This document shows, piece after piece, positions 14,733 to 29,042 of a stretch of DNA of 64,000 nucleotides; the stretch's first letter is position 1; each line of letters begins with the position of its first letter. A program made the translations under genes and the position numbers. The notes under the pieces were generated by a model. That model saw only the letters and a list, made by a program, of their open reading frames with translations. It searched no databases and had not been told where the DNA came from. Source of the stretch: the human T2T-CHM13v2.0 reference genome, Homo sapiens; assembly GCF_009914755.1 (NCBI RefSeq), contig NC_060931.1; one strand, given 5' to 3'.

Positions 14733-15030
14733 GGCTGGATATGGTGGCTCATGCCTGTAATCCCAGCACTTTGGAGGCTGAGGCAGGTGGATTGCTTTAG
14801 CTCAGAAGTTTGAGACCTTTAGATTAGAAGTTTGAGACCTTTAGATTAGAAGTTTGAGACCAGCCTGGGCAACATCACGAAACCCCATGGAGCATGTCTG
14901 TGGTCTCAGCTACTTGGGTGTTTGAGGTGGAAGGATTACTGGACCGCAGGAGGTGGAGGTGGCAATGAGCCAAGATCGTGCCCCTGCACTCTGGCCTGGC
15001 AGAGTGAGACCCTGTCTCAAAAAAAATAAA
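14733..15030 (+). mobile_element. Rearranged AluJ (internal 22-bp triplication, central linker deleted)
   Basis: Alu arms with a degenerate TSD aaaataagaagaata (14718-14732) / aaagtaagatgaata (15031-15045). Confidence 0.9.
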
Positions 15031-15121
15031 AAAGTAAGATGAATAAACAATGGTTAATAGAAACATAAGTGGTGGGACATGGGGGTCAGGATTTAATCTC
15101 AGAGTGTCCCAGTGGTGATTT

Positions 15122-15124
15122 ATT

Positions 15125-15167
<43 letters not shown>

Positions 15168-15453
15168 TTTTTTGAGATGGAGTCTCGCACTGTCACCCGG
15201 GCTGGAGTGCAGTAGTGCGATCTTGGCTTGCTGCAGCCTCTGCCTCCTGGGTTCAAACGATTTTCTTGCCTCAGCCTCCCAAGCAGCCAGGATTACAGGT
15301 GCCCACCACCATGCCCAGCTAATTTTTTGTATTTTTAGTAGAGATGGGCGTTCACCACGTTGGCCAGGCTGGTCTTGAATTCTGGACCTCGTGATTCACC
15401 CGCCTCGGTGTCCAAAGTGCTGGGATTATAGGCGTGAGCCACCGCACCTGGCC
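15122..15453 (-). mobile_element. AluS (Sg-like) with (TTTA)n tail microsatellite
   Basis: TSD ccagtggtgattt at 15109-15121 and 15454-15466; (TTTA)n at about 15119-15170. Confidence 0.94.
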
Positions 15454-15559
15454 CCAGTGGTGATTTTGTAGGTCAGCAGAGATGATCTGTGTGCCACATT
15501 TCCTTGTAGCTTAACAATGGGCCTCAATCATGTGGTGCTTGGGTTCTTAGAATGTGGAC

Positions 15560-16050
15560 AGCCAAGACATTCCAGCCACAAGTAACAGAACAAAATGGCT
15601 TCAACCATGGCAGGGGGGCGGGTGTGAGTAGTGTTTCTAAATGGGACTGGTTAAGTATTTTGGGGCACGGATTGGCTTCTCTGCCATTCTCTTAGCTTTC
15701 TCCTCATGATTTCAAGATGGCCGCCATAGTTATCAGACACTATTTCCTCAGGAAGCCACACTCACAGACAGGAAGGAAAGGTGTTCTTCCTCACGTACCT
15801 CTTTTTATCAGGAGGAAATTCTTTTCTAGAGACCCCATAGCAAACTTCCCCTCAGGTTTCACTGGCCAGAACTGGGTTACATACCGTCTCCTAAAACAGT
15901 CACCGTCCAAGAATAATGGGATTGCCAAGGGTGGCCTGAGCCTCCTGTAACAGGGGAAGACCACCTGCCCACAGCATGGCGCCATGCAGTACCTGAACAA
16001 AACCTGGGTTCAGTGAACTTGAGGGCTCTTGCCTGGGCAACCAACAGGGT
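15560..16050. mobile_element. MLT1 (ERVL-MaLR) LTR remnant
   Basis: caagtaacagaa...tctgccattct...caagatggccgcc...cactggccagaactgggttacat, typical of old MLT1 LTRs. Confidence 0.65.
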
Positions 16051-16699
16051 CTGTCTGGGACCTTAAAGTCACTGATTCTGACTTAGCACTTAGGAATCAG
16101 GCATGTGGTTTAATCTCTCTGAATGTCAAAGAATGTGAGCTGGTCAAGAGCAGATCTAGAACTAGAATCTCTTTTCTCTTACTGTGACTCTCATCCCCAC
16201 TCAGCTTTCTTCCTGGAATTATTTTTACTTTCAAATGTGTGAAGTCAGACATACAACAATTGTGCATTTCACTTGAAACTAGTATCTCGTTGATTGCTAC
16301 CAAGAATGTTGTTTAAAATTGAGAAGTACATACATTTACCTCTACATATCTCCAGTGAACTTCTGTGACCATTAACTGTCAATTTTATCAGATTCATTTT
16401 ACACGCAAAGCAAACACATCTACACCCTTGTCTCAAGAAGTTTCCAGGCTAGATGAAAAAACTGTTCCTGTACCCATGACAGTTAGACATAAATTAATAG
16501 TGCCAACTAATTGATTGATGACCGGAATTCAAATCAGGGGAAGAAAGGATCACGTTGAGGGCATGGCTGAGGCCCAAGAGAATGATTTCAATGGACAGAG
16601 AGGAAGGAGGAGGAAGTCCGAATGGGATGAAGATAATGTTGATAGTAATGATCAACATTACAGTTATGAGCACTTGCTGATATGAGTAATGATCAACTA

Positions 16700-16930
16700 C
16701 AGTTATTGAGCACTTGCTGTTTGAGATAAAGTTCTAAGCACTTTACATGTCTTAACTTATTTCATCCTCACAAAAGCTATTATGAGATGGGATTATTGTC
16801 TTCTCATTATTTCCGCTATATAGATAAGGATCATGACATACAAAGAAGTTAAATAAGGTACCCAGTGCCCTAGAGTTAGTAAATGGTAAAGCTGGACCCA
16901 GGTAATGTGGCTTCATAGCCTGCCCCCTCT
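16700..16930 (-). mobile_element. MIR SINE
   Basis: ttattgagcactt...ctaagcactttacatg...aacttatttcatcctcacaa...agttagtaaatggtaaagctgga. Confidence 0.75.
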
Positions 16931-17005
16931 CTGGTGCTCAGCCTCATTTACTGTAGCAAACTCACGAAACTGGGAAACCCAGGGTTTTGTGAGGCGACTT
17001 CTGTA

Positions 17006-17370
17006 CAGGTGTTCCTTAACTTACATTGGGGTTACATCCCGATAAACCCTTCATACGTGGAAAATATTTTAAGTCAAAAATGCATTTAATACACTTAACC
17101 TACTGAGCATTGTAGCTTAGCCCAGCCCCCCTTAAACACGCTCAAAACACTTACATTAGCCTACCATCGGGCAGAATCAACTAACATAAGCCTGTTTCAT
17201 AATAAAGTGTTGAGGATCTCATGTAATTTATTGAATACTGTACTGAAAGTGAAAAACAAGATGGTTGTATGGGTACCTGAAGTGCAGTTTCTACTGAGTG
17301 CATATTGCTTTCATACCAGCATAAAGTCGAAAAATCGTAAGCTGAGCCATCGGAAGTTAGGGACCATCTG
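17006..17370 (+). mobile_element. Full-length MER47A (TcMar-Tigger non-autonomous DNA transposon)
   Basis: Imperfect terminal inverted repeats (caggtgttccttaactta / aagttagggaccatctg), TA on both sides (17004-17005, 17371-17372), interior matches the recalled MER47A consensus. Confidence 0.9.
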
Positions 17371-18230
17371 TATGTTGATTTAGCTGAAGGGAGGATTTAT
17401 AGGCAAAATAGTGAGATAAAAGGTAGGGAAAGTTTTCACTGAATTCTGAAGTATTTGGAACTGGGGCTGGTCATCTGGATCCCAGAAAACACTGGCAAAC
17501 ACACGCACAGAAATGCACAGAAAAAGAATACCCCAACATTGAACACCAAAGGCCCTCAGACTTTGGCGCCTCCATTTTGAAGGTGAGGGATGTTTCTATG
17601 TGTCTGTAAGCAGCGAAGACATCACCGGATTATGATCACATCATACATTGCACACGCCGTCACGGTTGCACGTTGCTCTAATCCCATGTATATTACTGTG
17701 TCTATTTGGAAAGCTGCAAGAGCCATTTATTTATGAGTGACTAAGTGGTAGTTGACTGCCTTCAACTCCTCATGTTTTACGAAGTAGGAATCCACAGAGA
17801 ATAGCAGTAACCAATACACCAAACCACCTTCATTTTGAGATGAATACTGAGAAGTCTTTCATTACTCTGCAGTATAAAGTGTTTACTAAACAGAATTAAG
17901 CCACAGCATAATACCCTGCCTTCCTTCTTCTCTATTTGATTCGTCCTACTTAACACCAGCAAAAGTACTTCTGCCATTTTTTTTTTTAGGGTTAGACAAT
18001 TTATGCCATTTAAAGTGTAAAAATGGAATTTACTTGGCAGTTAGAGGGAAAAGAATTGACATTATCTAGACACAAGGAGTTCATGGGTATAAAGTCTCAG
18101 ATCATCATTTCTGCTAAAGATCAAGTACCTAAGTAAATGTAAAAGACTACACTGAGAGAGACATCCCCAGTTGGAAAATGTGCCAAGTCATAGAAAATTG
18201 TGGTAGCCCTGAATTTTCAAGAATGGTTTT

Positions 18231-18361
18231 GGCCAGATGTGGTGGCGTGCGCCTGTAGTCTCAGCTACTCGAGAGGCTGAGGCAGGAGGATCATTTGAAC
18301 CCAGGAGTTTGAGTTCAGCCTGGGCAACATAGCAAGACCCTGTGTCTTACTTTTTTAAAAA
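18231..18361 (+). mobile_element. Free left Alu monomer (FLAM_A-like)
   Basis: Single ~130-bp monomer with a perfect 12-bp TSD aagaatggtttt at 18219-18230 and 18362-18373. Confidence 0.9.
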
Positions 18362-18596
18362 AAGAATGGTTTTATTGGTGTATTTTGATTATTGTAAACT
18401 AATTGTAGACTCTAATTTACTCTTGGATATTGAGATCTGTTTTGACTCTTGGCAATGGTGGTGTTTTTTGGTGATTGGTTGATGTTTTATCTGGCCTGAT
18501 ATCCAGATTCTTTTTTGTAATGTACATACTCTTTCCTGATATCGTTTATATGACAATCCTCCCCTCCCCTTATTTAAATAGAGGTTTAAAAGTTTA

Positions 18597-18878
<282 letters not shown>

Positions 18879-19869
18879 TTAATAACCCTATCTCTCATAC
18901 TTTTATATTTTCTCTTTGGAAACCTAACCCTCAATATATTTCAAATGCCTTGTAAATGGCTTTTGAAGAATGCTTCACACTGGATACCTGGGTTCTAATC
19001 CTAATTCTAATACTTAACTGTGAACACGGATGAAGTATGTCAGTCTCTGTGATCCTTACGCCCTAGACTTCCCTTCCCCAAGTGGTTTGCCACCATTACC
19101 AATTAAAATCCTATACCTCTCTGAGATCCAGTTCAAATGCTACTTCTTGAAGCTCTTTTTGATACTGCTTTCTCACTTTCCTCAAGAGGCCATTATGTCC
19201 TGTCCTTTTGAAGGGCATGTTTCTCAAAAGCCAAGGTTGTACCTTTAGTTTCTTGAGAGCCAAGGTTGCATCTTTAGTATCTTCAGTCATCTTTGCACCC
19301 CAGAATGTTTAGCACAGAGCTTGCCCATGATGGCTACTCAAATGCTGAAAGGATGAATGACTAAATAAATCTTGAGATCAGTTGTATTTTTTTCTTTAAA
19401 ATAACTGGCTACAGTCACTGGCTCTCAACCCTGGTGTTGGGCTCATGGGGACATTGTAATCAGTTGTAAGCGGGTTGAAGTGATTTGTTATGAATGATTG
19501 TTAGGTTTTGGAAGTTTGCAAACTATGTACTGTTTGTATAAATTAGAATGTTTCCCTTCAGTAATATTCTTTAATGATAATATCATCATCCTGCAGTGTT
19601 AATACTTCAGTGTGACACTCTCCCTTGCATTGTGATTTGTCTTAAATGGAAGAAAAAAGGATGGACTTAGAGTCAGGACCCAGGAAATTGTATGTTAATC
19701 CACAGCCTATCTTTTCTGTGCCAAAGCCCATAATAAGCCAGAAATCACTGCTAATGGTTATGGAACTATGGAAATATGATAGTCCTCTACTACTGTACGA
19801 GATGTGGGGGCCTTGTCAAAATGAACATTATCTGTCAATTTAGAGAAAAGAATAACCATTACTCTAAAC

Positions 19870-20080
19870 CAGGGGTCAGCAAACTTTTACAGTAAAGGTC
19901 TAGATAGTAAATATTTGAGGGCTTTTGAGGGCCATACAGTCTCTGTAGCAACTACCCAACTTCGCTATTGTAATGCAAAAAAGCTATTGTAATACATAAA
20001 TGGATGGACATCACTATGTTCCAATAAAACTTTATTTACAAAAATAAGACGGAGGTCACATTGGGCTTATTGAGCTGCTC
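19870..20080 (+). mobile_element. MER58A hAT-Charlie DNA transposon fossil
   Basis: caggggtcagcaaactttt...gtaaagg...agatagtaaatattt...gttccaataaaactttatttacaaaaa. Confidence 0.85.
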
Positions 20081-20919
20081 TAAGCCATAGAGTACATGGG
20101 AATGTAAACCATACTGCTTATTTTTTTTAATTGTATTAATGGCATTTATTCTACTTCCTTTGTAATAGCTAAGGAGTTCCTGCAAAGAAAGAAAAATTAG
20201 GGGTTAGTAAATTTGTTACTTATTTGCAAGAATATTCAGTATATATTTCAGGGTTAATATTCTCTAGACTTTCTCAGCATAAGAAATGAGATGAAATTCT
20301 GTTGATGTTGTAAATACCACTATTGAGGCTAATTCGTGAAAGAAAGGTGACTACGGTATTTGATGAAGTACCTTGTCTTCCAAGAAGTTTGCTTTTGTGG
20401 TATTATCTGTGGCACATTATTTTCTGTCTTGGTACTTTCTCTCAGTGGGATATTTAGGCTCTACTTTCCTGCTTGGCACTTTTGTTAATAATGACTTTAA
20501 AAATCCTCACTTCTCTTTTTAAATTGCTGCATGGAGTAATAGCCTCTCTCCTTGACAGTCAAAAGGCCAAGAAGTGCAACTATGTGAAATAAACTTTTAA
20601 AACAAGGCCCCAAGTGCACTGCAAGTTGACTTGAAATAATTAGTCCCTGGAGTTTGGACACCCACAAAGTATCTTTCGGAACTCGGATTCAGAAATGTCT
20701 CAGTGACAGCCTGTGGCGGGAAGCCATCACAGCAGCAGGGCCCATTGCTCTTGGGACATCCCACACTGTAGAGTTACTTTGGCAGTGCCTGGAAGCAGCG
20801 GCCCCTGCCCACATGGCTTTTCCACTGTCTCACAGCCAAGAACCATGACAGGCCCCTCAGAACTTGGGCCCTCTCCAGTCCTTGAGCCAGTGTTCACCCT
20901 CACAGGAAGAGTGTTTCCC

Positions 20920-21430
20920 TGTTTTATCAGCAAGTAACAGAAAACCCAGATGACTGCAGCTTACAAAGTAAAGACATTTCTCTCCCATTACAAGAAGCGT
21001 GGAGAAAGCATGTTGTAGAGGCTCAGTGTTGTCACAGAGGACCTAGGACCCTTCCACCTTCCTATGCTGCCATCTCAGTGTTGGGGGATGACTTCCCTCA
21101 TGGATGCAAGAAGGTTACTGAAACGCCAAGTATAATGTCACTACCTCATGTGGCACCGCGCTTTACGGTAAGGGGGTGAGCATAAACAGAGGGGATTCCA
21201 AGTGCTGTTCTCTTTGAGCAGGGGACATTTTTCCCAGAAGCCCCTGGTGGTTTTCTTCTTGGGACCTGCTTGCTTGAACAGCATCACCTGCCTCTGGCAT
21301 AGGGGAAAGAGATTGCCGTTATTGGCTTAGACCAATCACTACCTTCCCTGGCACTGGACACATGCCACATCAGGGTTCTACTGGAAGACAAGAGAAAGGG
21401 ATGGCTACTGGGGGAGCAGCCAACCCAGGT
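20920..21430. mobile_element. MLT1 LTR remnant
   Basis: gcaagtaacagaaaaccc...tgctgccatctcagtgt...ttcccagaagcccc...ggcttagaccaatca. Confidence 0.65.
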
Positions 21431-24400
21431 CTGCCACACCCAGCTGAACCCCCTAGACAGTGGTCAGAGCACCTTTTGCTTTGACCGAGGAATCCCAAGC
21501 CTTGCCAAGAATCTATGGCCAGTCCTCTGGGATTATTGCCAGCAGTTTTTTCTGTTTGTTGATCATCTGCAGACACCTGATTCCCCGTCAGTGCTTTTTC
21601 TGTTTGACAGGACTTCTTGATGCCCACCAGGATCGAGCTTGCCGAGTCTTTTGGATGTTGTGTGTTATCCACCCAGCCAAGTCTTTTTGGGGAATATTTA
21701 TGGAAATATTTATATATAAATAAATAATATTTATATTTCCAGAGGTGCTCTGTACCTCTGTCTATCCCTTTTGGGGGATAGGTAAGCCACTTTGGGGCCC
21801 TCAATCCCTTAACAAAAATAATTTCATTTTTCTTAGTAAAATCATATAATGTCTGCATTTTTCCTTTGCAGTACAGAAATACATGATTGGTATTTTTTAA
21901 TAGATTACTTTTCTGGAACAGATATTATTTTGAAAATTTAAAATAAATTTGAAGAGTTCTCTTCTACCAGTCTTAATTTCATGGAATAGTTTAAATATTA
22001 TTTAATTCCATGGTCTAAACTATTGGCTCTTATTGTCTCTTTTTTTAATATTATGTATATAAAATTAGGAACTCATTTAAGAACAGCAAGAATTGATTTA
22101 ATCTGTGAGATGCCAAATGGAGCTAATCCTGAAATACTTTCTATCTGTAGAGATTGATAGTTTACAAAGCACTTTCATACATATTATTTCAGTACTTTCC
22201 ATAACTATTATCTGCATTTGACGGATGAAGAAATAAGGGTATAAGAGCTGAGGTGACTTGGCCAGGATCCTACCAGCCTTCACAGAGTTGGCACTGGAGC
22301 CTGGGCCTTCACAGCCTGCCTCTGAGACACTGTCCTGTTTCTAGCACTTAAGTTCCAGTGTCTATGGCAGCATGCAATAGGATTACAGGAGGACATCGTA
22401 GCCACAGATAACCCGGCCATGTTACCTGTTCATTTCAACCTCTGCGACTAGGCCCAGATTTCTCAGGACATTTCCTTCCCCATGAGCTGAATTTTAACAT
22501 GCAAATGTCACTCACATCCTACAAGCTAAGGTGTATGGGTTTATGCTGGGACTAGGTCATATCTGTATTTTAAAAATCCCAGAACAACCCCAGCAGTGGT
22601 TTTAGAGATGAGGAAGAGAGGAGACAGAACAAGTTCTGCTGGTTACCCTGCTCTTGGACTTCTCAGGTGCTTCATTAATATCATCTCTGATGGCATTTTG
22701 ATGCCATTTTTCTGATGGCATTTTGCAGCTTGCCTCAAGTGTCCCTTCTGGTTTTCTAATGTAGGACAAAGCCCAAGGATGAGTGGCTGCGGTTGCCAGT
22801 CAGCATTCTCTGCAGATGTCTTTGGTGTGTGTAGCTGGGGTTAACCCGCCGTCTTAATGTCTGCCTACTCGGTTTTGCATGCAAGGATACATTATACAAG
22901 AAAATTCCATCGAGATCATGTACAAGTAAAATCAGCTTATTTTTTCCGAAGAGGCAGGGGAGCTACTTCTTAGCAGAGTGAGCTGTAGAGTCTCTCTGGA
23001 ATGCAAAACACAGACCTTTGTATTAGAAGTGAAATATTTAGATAGGGATCATTATGGAGCTCTTTTTATAGCAAGGCAGGCCTGAAAAACAGAGAGAGAG
23101 CTGGGAAAGGAAGCACAAAGGAGGTAATAATATCTGATTAGCTAAGCAGCTGGATAACTGAAGGAGAATTTGTTAAAAACCTATCAAGACATCAAAGCTA
23201 GATGTGAGTTGCTCTGTTAGCCCAGGCCACTTGTGGAGCCATCTCTGGAATATTACTGAGCATCTAATTTGCTGCTATTTTTTCCCCTAGCGTCACTCCT
23301 TCACTAAGGGATCTGAGCTGTAACCTGACCTGTAGCTGTCATCAGGGCTTTTTTTCCATCCCTGTCATGGCATGGGATCCCAGTATGGAGAAGCTTAGTT
23401 GGTATTCAAGTCATCCGCATCGTACTTGACCACGTGTGAACAAGTAACCTCATGTTTCTGGGGACAGGCAGGGAGAAACTTGAGAACTTGATCCCCTTGG
23501 GGGCCCTTGGAGGATTGCTTCCACCAAGCCCTGGGTTTTGCAAGTGACTCGTTTCCCAATCTATGGCACATCCAAGCCTCTTTGGTTTTCTTTTTCCCTG
23601 TTCACACGGATATATTTGAGGCACCATACTCTATCTGCCCAAGAAAGGAAGAGGGGCAAGGAAAACCGTGTAAGTCATGCTTGTTTAAATATTTTGGCTT
23701 CTGCCAAAGCAGATATGAGAACAATTGGACTATAATGAGAGTTTTCCATTGGCCTCAACTATCCTGGACAGTTGAACGCCAAGCCTAGTTTGATAGGTAC
23801 CTACTATGGACCTGGTGGAGCTCCTTCTTAAAATTAGACAGTGTGTACTGGCCAGAATGTCTCAGCTTGCAGCCTGAGGATGATTATGCTGATCCTGGAG
23901 GCCCTGGGGAACTGTCTAGGGCACTAGGGGTGCCTGTGCTAACAGCAAAAGACCACTCCCCCCCAACACCACACTTGCACATGCCTCATGCACAGAGGAA
24001 GTAGGTGCCAGGTCTTTTCAGAGAAGAGCTTCAAAGCCCTGCTGCCACCTACGAGAGCCTTTGATCCATCTCTCGGCTGAATCCAGCCCCTCACGGGGCT
24101 GATCCGCTTTGAAACCAGAGCCAGCAGCCCCTCTACAACTCCCTCTGAGTTACCTCACACAGACAAGAGCACAGGCTTCTGGGGGGCTTCTTTTTATCTT
24201 CCCTAAATTGCGAGAGGTACTTCTTTCAGCGTTGTCCTATAGGATTCTTAAGAACTGCCGGGGAGATGTCTTAGGGCCAACACAAAGAATTGCAAACAAC
24301 AGCCCAGTGTCTTGGAAACTTTCTCTACAGTTTAGTACGGATAAACCACATGCAGATAGAAAATAGGAAGAAAAGGAAATTCATGGTAAGCCTGCGTATT

Positions 24401-24884
24401 TTCTTATTTCGGGTGCGAGGGGAGTGGAGAAATCCGTCATGGATAAAATCCAACTTTAATGACAGTCTGAAGCCCTGAAGCACAGACATATTGCAGAGCT
24501 AATGTATTATTTTGTTTTTGTTTATTCTGCAGAAATGGGGAAATTTCATTTTTTAGTAGAATTACAAGCTCCCCTTTTACTATTCACAAGCCCTAACATG
24601 CATGGCATCCTGAGCCAGAGAGCCTTCCGTGATTTTAATACCAGCTTCTTTGTGAATCTAAACTGGTTTTCCAGTCCACTCCCTGGCGGGCCACGGGGGT
24701 TGTTGGAGTGGTGTTACACATACTTAGCTTTCTTTGGGTGCTTGACCACCGCCTGTTCTCAGGGGGGACAAGGAGCCTTGCTGTGGGCATTACCAGTGGG
24801 AGGTAGGCATGGACAGTGAGGTTCGGCACCTGACCTCTGAATTCCCGCGGCCCTTGCAGGATATCACGCCCACGACTGGCGGTC

Positions 24885-25072
24885 CTCAGCCTGAACTGCG
24901 CGTTGGAATCACCTGGGAAGCTTTAAACATACTAAACCTGGGCCCTGCTAAATGACACCCGTATTCTGATATAATGGGTCTGGGTGTGGCCTGGATATTA
25001 AGATTTCTGACTTTCCCCTCCCACCTAGGTGATTCCATGTGCGGTCCGGGCTGAGAGCCACTGTCCCGCAGC
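24885..25072. mobile_element. MER5-family DNA transposon fossil
   Basis: gaatcacctgggaagctttaaa...attctgat...ggtctgggtgtggcctgg...aggtgattcc...gggctgagagccactg. Confidence 0.75.
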
Positions 25073-25521
25073 CTCATCATACAGCTTGCCTAGGTTCCAC
25101 GGCTGTGTCACTTCCTGGCCATGTGACCCCGGGCATGTTAACTGAGCTCAGCTTCCTTGTTTGTAACATAGGGGAATCACTGCAAGATTCATTACACCTA
25201 TCTCCTAGAGATTATTGCAGGGGTTCAAGTTATGGACATTACTGGGAGGATACCATGGACCAGACACTGTTGTGGGACCTGGAACTGTTCTGGCTGGGAA
25301 AAAAAGAGATCAGAGTCCCTGCCTTTGTGGCGCTTCTTTATTTTCTAGTCATGGATATGGTGGATAAACAAACAAACTTGCATATACATAGTGTAATGTC
25401 AAATCGTGGGCAGTACTGTGAAGGGAAAATATGGCCAAGGGGAAGGGTGGCAAGTGGCAGGAGAGAGTGCATGCACATAAAGGGCACATGCAGTCCCGGG
25501 CTGTCAGAAATGCAGGCAACT

Positions 25522-25896
<375 letters not shown>

Positions 25897-27260
25897 CTAC
25901 CACTTCACCCTGGGTCAATGAGATCTCAGTGTGATGTCTTTCTCTAAACAGATTATAGACACTCCCTCAAGACAGACCTCAGACTCTGTGCAAGCCCAGG
26001 GCCCGATCGCCATCTGTGTGATGAATCCAGGCACCTAGCTCCGTGCACAGCTTCTCAAAGTGAGCGTAGATTTGGAGAGAAGAAGGGATAATCAGATGTT
26101 TCATTTACCCAGGTACAACAGATACGTATTGAAGGCCTGCAGATGGCAAGACCTGGTTCAAGCACAATGGGGCAGAATATGAGGAAGGCCCACCCCTTCC
26201 TTTGTCTCTTCCCCCACAGCCACTACAGTTCCTTCCACCAGTGTCAACCACCACCGTGGCAGAGCATTTCCCGTGAGACAGGCCGCAGGCTACATACATT
26301 ATGTGCATCCTGTCGTCATGTCCTCACCAGGGGAAGTAGCTGTTGGTTTATTCAACCCCATTTTACATGGGAAGGCTCTGGGGCTTTGTCATGCTATCGT
26401 TTGTTCATGTCACCCCAGGCCACACAGCAGCTAAGTTGGAAAGTGTTTGCTGTTAGCCTGCATTGTTGTCCTTCCATGAGGGACCTAACGTGCATACTAA
26501 AGGCCTACTATGTGCCAGAGCCTGGCATTTCACCATTAAGTCACTGAATCCCCATAACACTGTGCAGATGGAACCTTCTCAGCTTTCCTGACCATCCCTT
26601 ATCTTGGGCTAGCCCTCATGACACATGTCACACCCTGCAATTACCTTCTTTATTCATTTGTTGACTTTTATTTGTCTTTCTCCCCTACTAGAACATCAGC
26701 ACAGACAGTGGACTGTTATCATTCACTCCAGAGCCGGCATTTGAATGGAGATTAGCTGGCATTCTAGATGCCGCCTAATTACCTGACAGGAGAAAGAAGA
26801 CCAGGACAGAAGCAGCTGAAATTCCAGGCAGAACATAGGTTGTTTCAGAAGAAACACAAACTCTCCCTGGCGGCGTCTGAGGCCATCTTCTTCAGGAAGG
26901 TGTTTCTTGGATGCACTTCAAAGCGTAGGGGGCTTCACAGGTAGAATTAGGTTGCAGGAATGAGGGGAAGGTAGTCCCCTGGAAAATGTGAAAATGAGGG
27001 TTGAGATGCAGGCAGGAAAATTCAGGAGGACTGTTGAGTGAATAGTCGCTCCCTGTGGCAGGTGACCAGGGTGGGAGGAGGGTGGCAGTGTGAGGACATC
27101 CTGAAACACACACGCTTTGGACTCAGATCTTGCTGTTGTAGCTCCGCTACCTGATCAGTCTGTGACCTTGGGCAACTTCCTTAGCTTTATCTGTGAAATG
27201 GGAATAATAGTGTCTTCCCTTCAGTGAGAACCAAATGAGACAGTACTTTCTGTACATCGA

Positions 27261-27380
27261 ATGCTGGTGTAGAGCAGTTAGAACAAATCTGTAGATCTGT
27301 AGATCGATGCTGGTGTAGAGCAGTTAGAACAAATCTGTAGATCTGTAGATCGATGCTGGTGTAGAGCAGTTAGAACAAAT
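27261..27380 (+). repeat. 46-bp perfect minisatellite (2.6 copies)
   Basis: Unit atgctggtgtagagcagttagaacaaatctgtagatctgtagatcg starts at 27261, 27307 and 27353. Confidence 0.97.
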
Positions 27381-28733
27381 GAGTCTGGGGAGGTGGACCC
27401 AGGCTGTGTTGCACGAGCAGGGCCTCTGCACAGGCCCAGCACTGACCTCAGGTTTAACCTTTTACTTGAGGTACGGGAATGGCTTTTTGGATACTGTTGT
27501 TTGAAGAAAAAAAAAAGGTCATGAATAAAACTTAGAATACTAACAACCACCCAGAAAGCCAGTCCCATCTCTGCCCAGTAACGCCTTCCTTTCCTGCAGG
27601 AAGGTTGGAACCTTCCACAGTTCCACCAGGTATTGGCCTGGTGGACCAGATTGAAAGGGTGAGCAGACAATGGGGGGGCAGACACCTGAAGCCAGAGATG
27701 TGGGCCAGGTGGGGGCTGTCGGCCCTTCCCACAGGCCCAGGCAGCTGCGCTGACACAGCTGTCCCTTTGAAAGTTGGCCCCGAGTGGGAAGCTCTGCATT
27801 ATTCTCCCAGCCCACTGCAGAATGCCTTCTGCCCATTGCACAGTGGCAGCGTGCTTTGGGCAGCTTGATGCTGGGGCTGCATGGAGGGCCTCAGAAAAGT
27901 AGGTAGACTCGTAAGACGGGCTTTATCCTGGAACAGGCACCACCACCCTGCCCTTTCCAGAGCCAAGCTATGGACATGGGTCCTGGAGAGGCAGAAATGT
28001 CTTAAGGGAAGGAAAGGGAAATCCTAATTACTACCTGGGAAACAGTCCTCATTTCCAAACCCAGCAGGTGACCTGCAGGATAATGTGTGGGCAGTGATTC
28101 ATTAGAAGCTGTAATCCCCAGTGTTCAAGCGAGAGTTGTAACTGTATCTAGGGCCTGAGAGAGAGAAACGGGCTTCATGAATTACTCCTCTGGCACCGTT
28201 GCCTACATACCTAGGCCTGTAGCAATTTATCCCAAATGAGGAAATAATAATGTCATTTTCCTCCAGCCTTTCCCTGGGAGGAAGTTCTCTAATAGAGGGT
28301 AGGCAGGTGTTAAGAAGAAATCTTTCTGGGCCACACCTCATTACAAGATTGGGATAAGTGAGCTCTTTTTCAGCTTCTGCCTCTCCTGTCCTTGCCTTGT
28401 CAGCAGCAGGGTTGGGAGTTAGGCACAGGGCATGGTGGGAAAGAAGTCTTGCTGGGTTCTCAGTCATTGCAGTTGGTTGTTTTAGGTAAAGTAAATTGAT
28501 GTTGTGTTTCTTTTCCCTAAATATTGACTGTTGAACCTAGTTGTGGAAGAAAAGATACCTGTATTTTGCTCTTATTACTTGCTATTCACTGCTACTCTTC
28601 ATCTGGAGGTCACTAGCAATTTTTAAACACTTATCCCCATTTTACAGATAGAAGATAGTAAGTTCTATGGAGGAATGAAAGGCCTTTTTACAGAGTAACT
28701 GAGGTTCCATATGTTGAACTAGAATAAAGTTTA

Positions 28734-29042
<309 letters not shown>

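Noticed and set aside
21701-21741. AT-rich inverted repeat (tggaaatat...atatttcca)
   Set aside because: Only 9-bp arms in low-complexity AT sequence; not a credible miRNA or terminator hairpin.
27261-27380. CRISPR-like 28-bp repeat with 18-bp spacers
   Set aside because: The spacers are identical, so it is a 46-bp tandem repeat; the context is eukaryotic and there are no cas genes.
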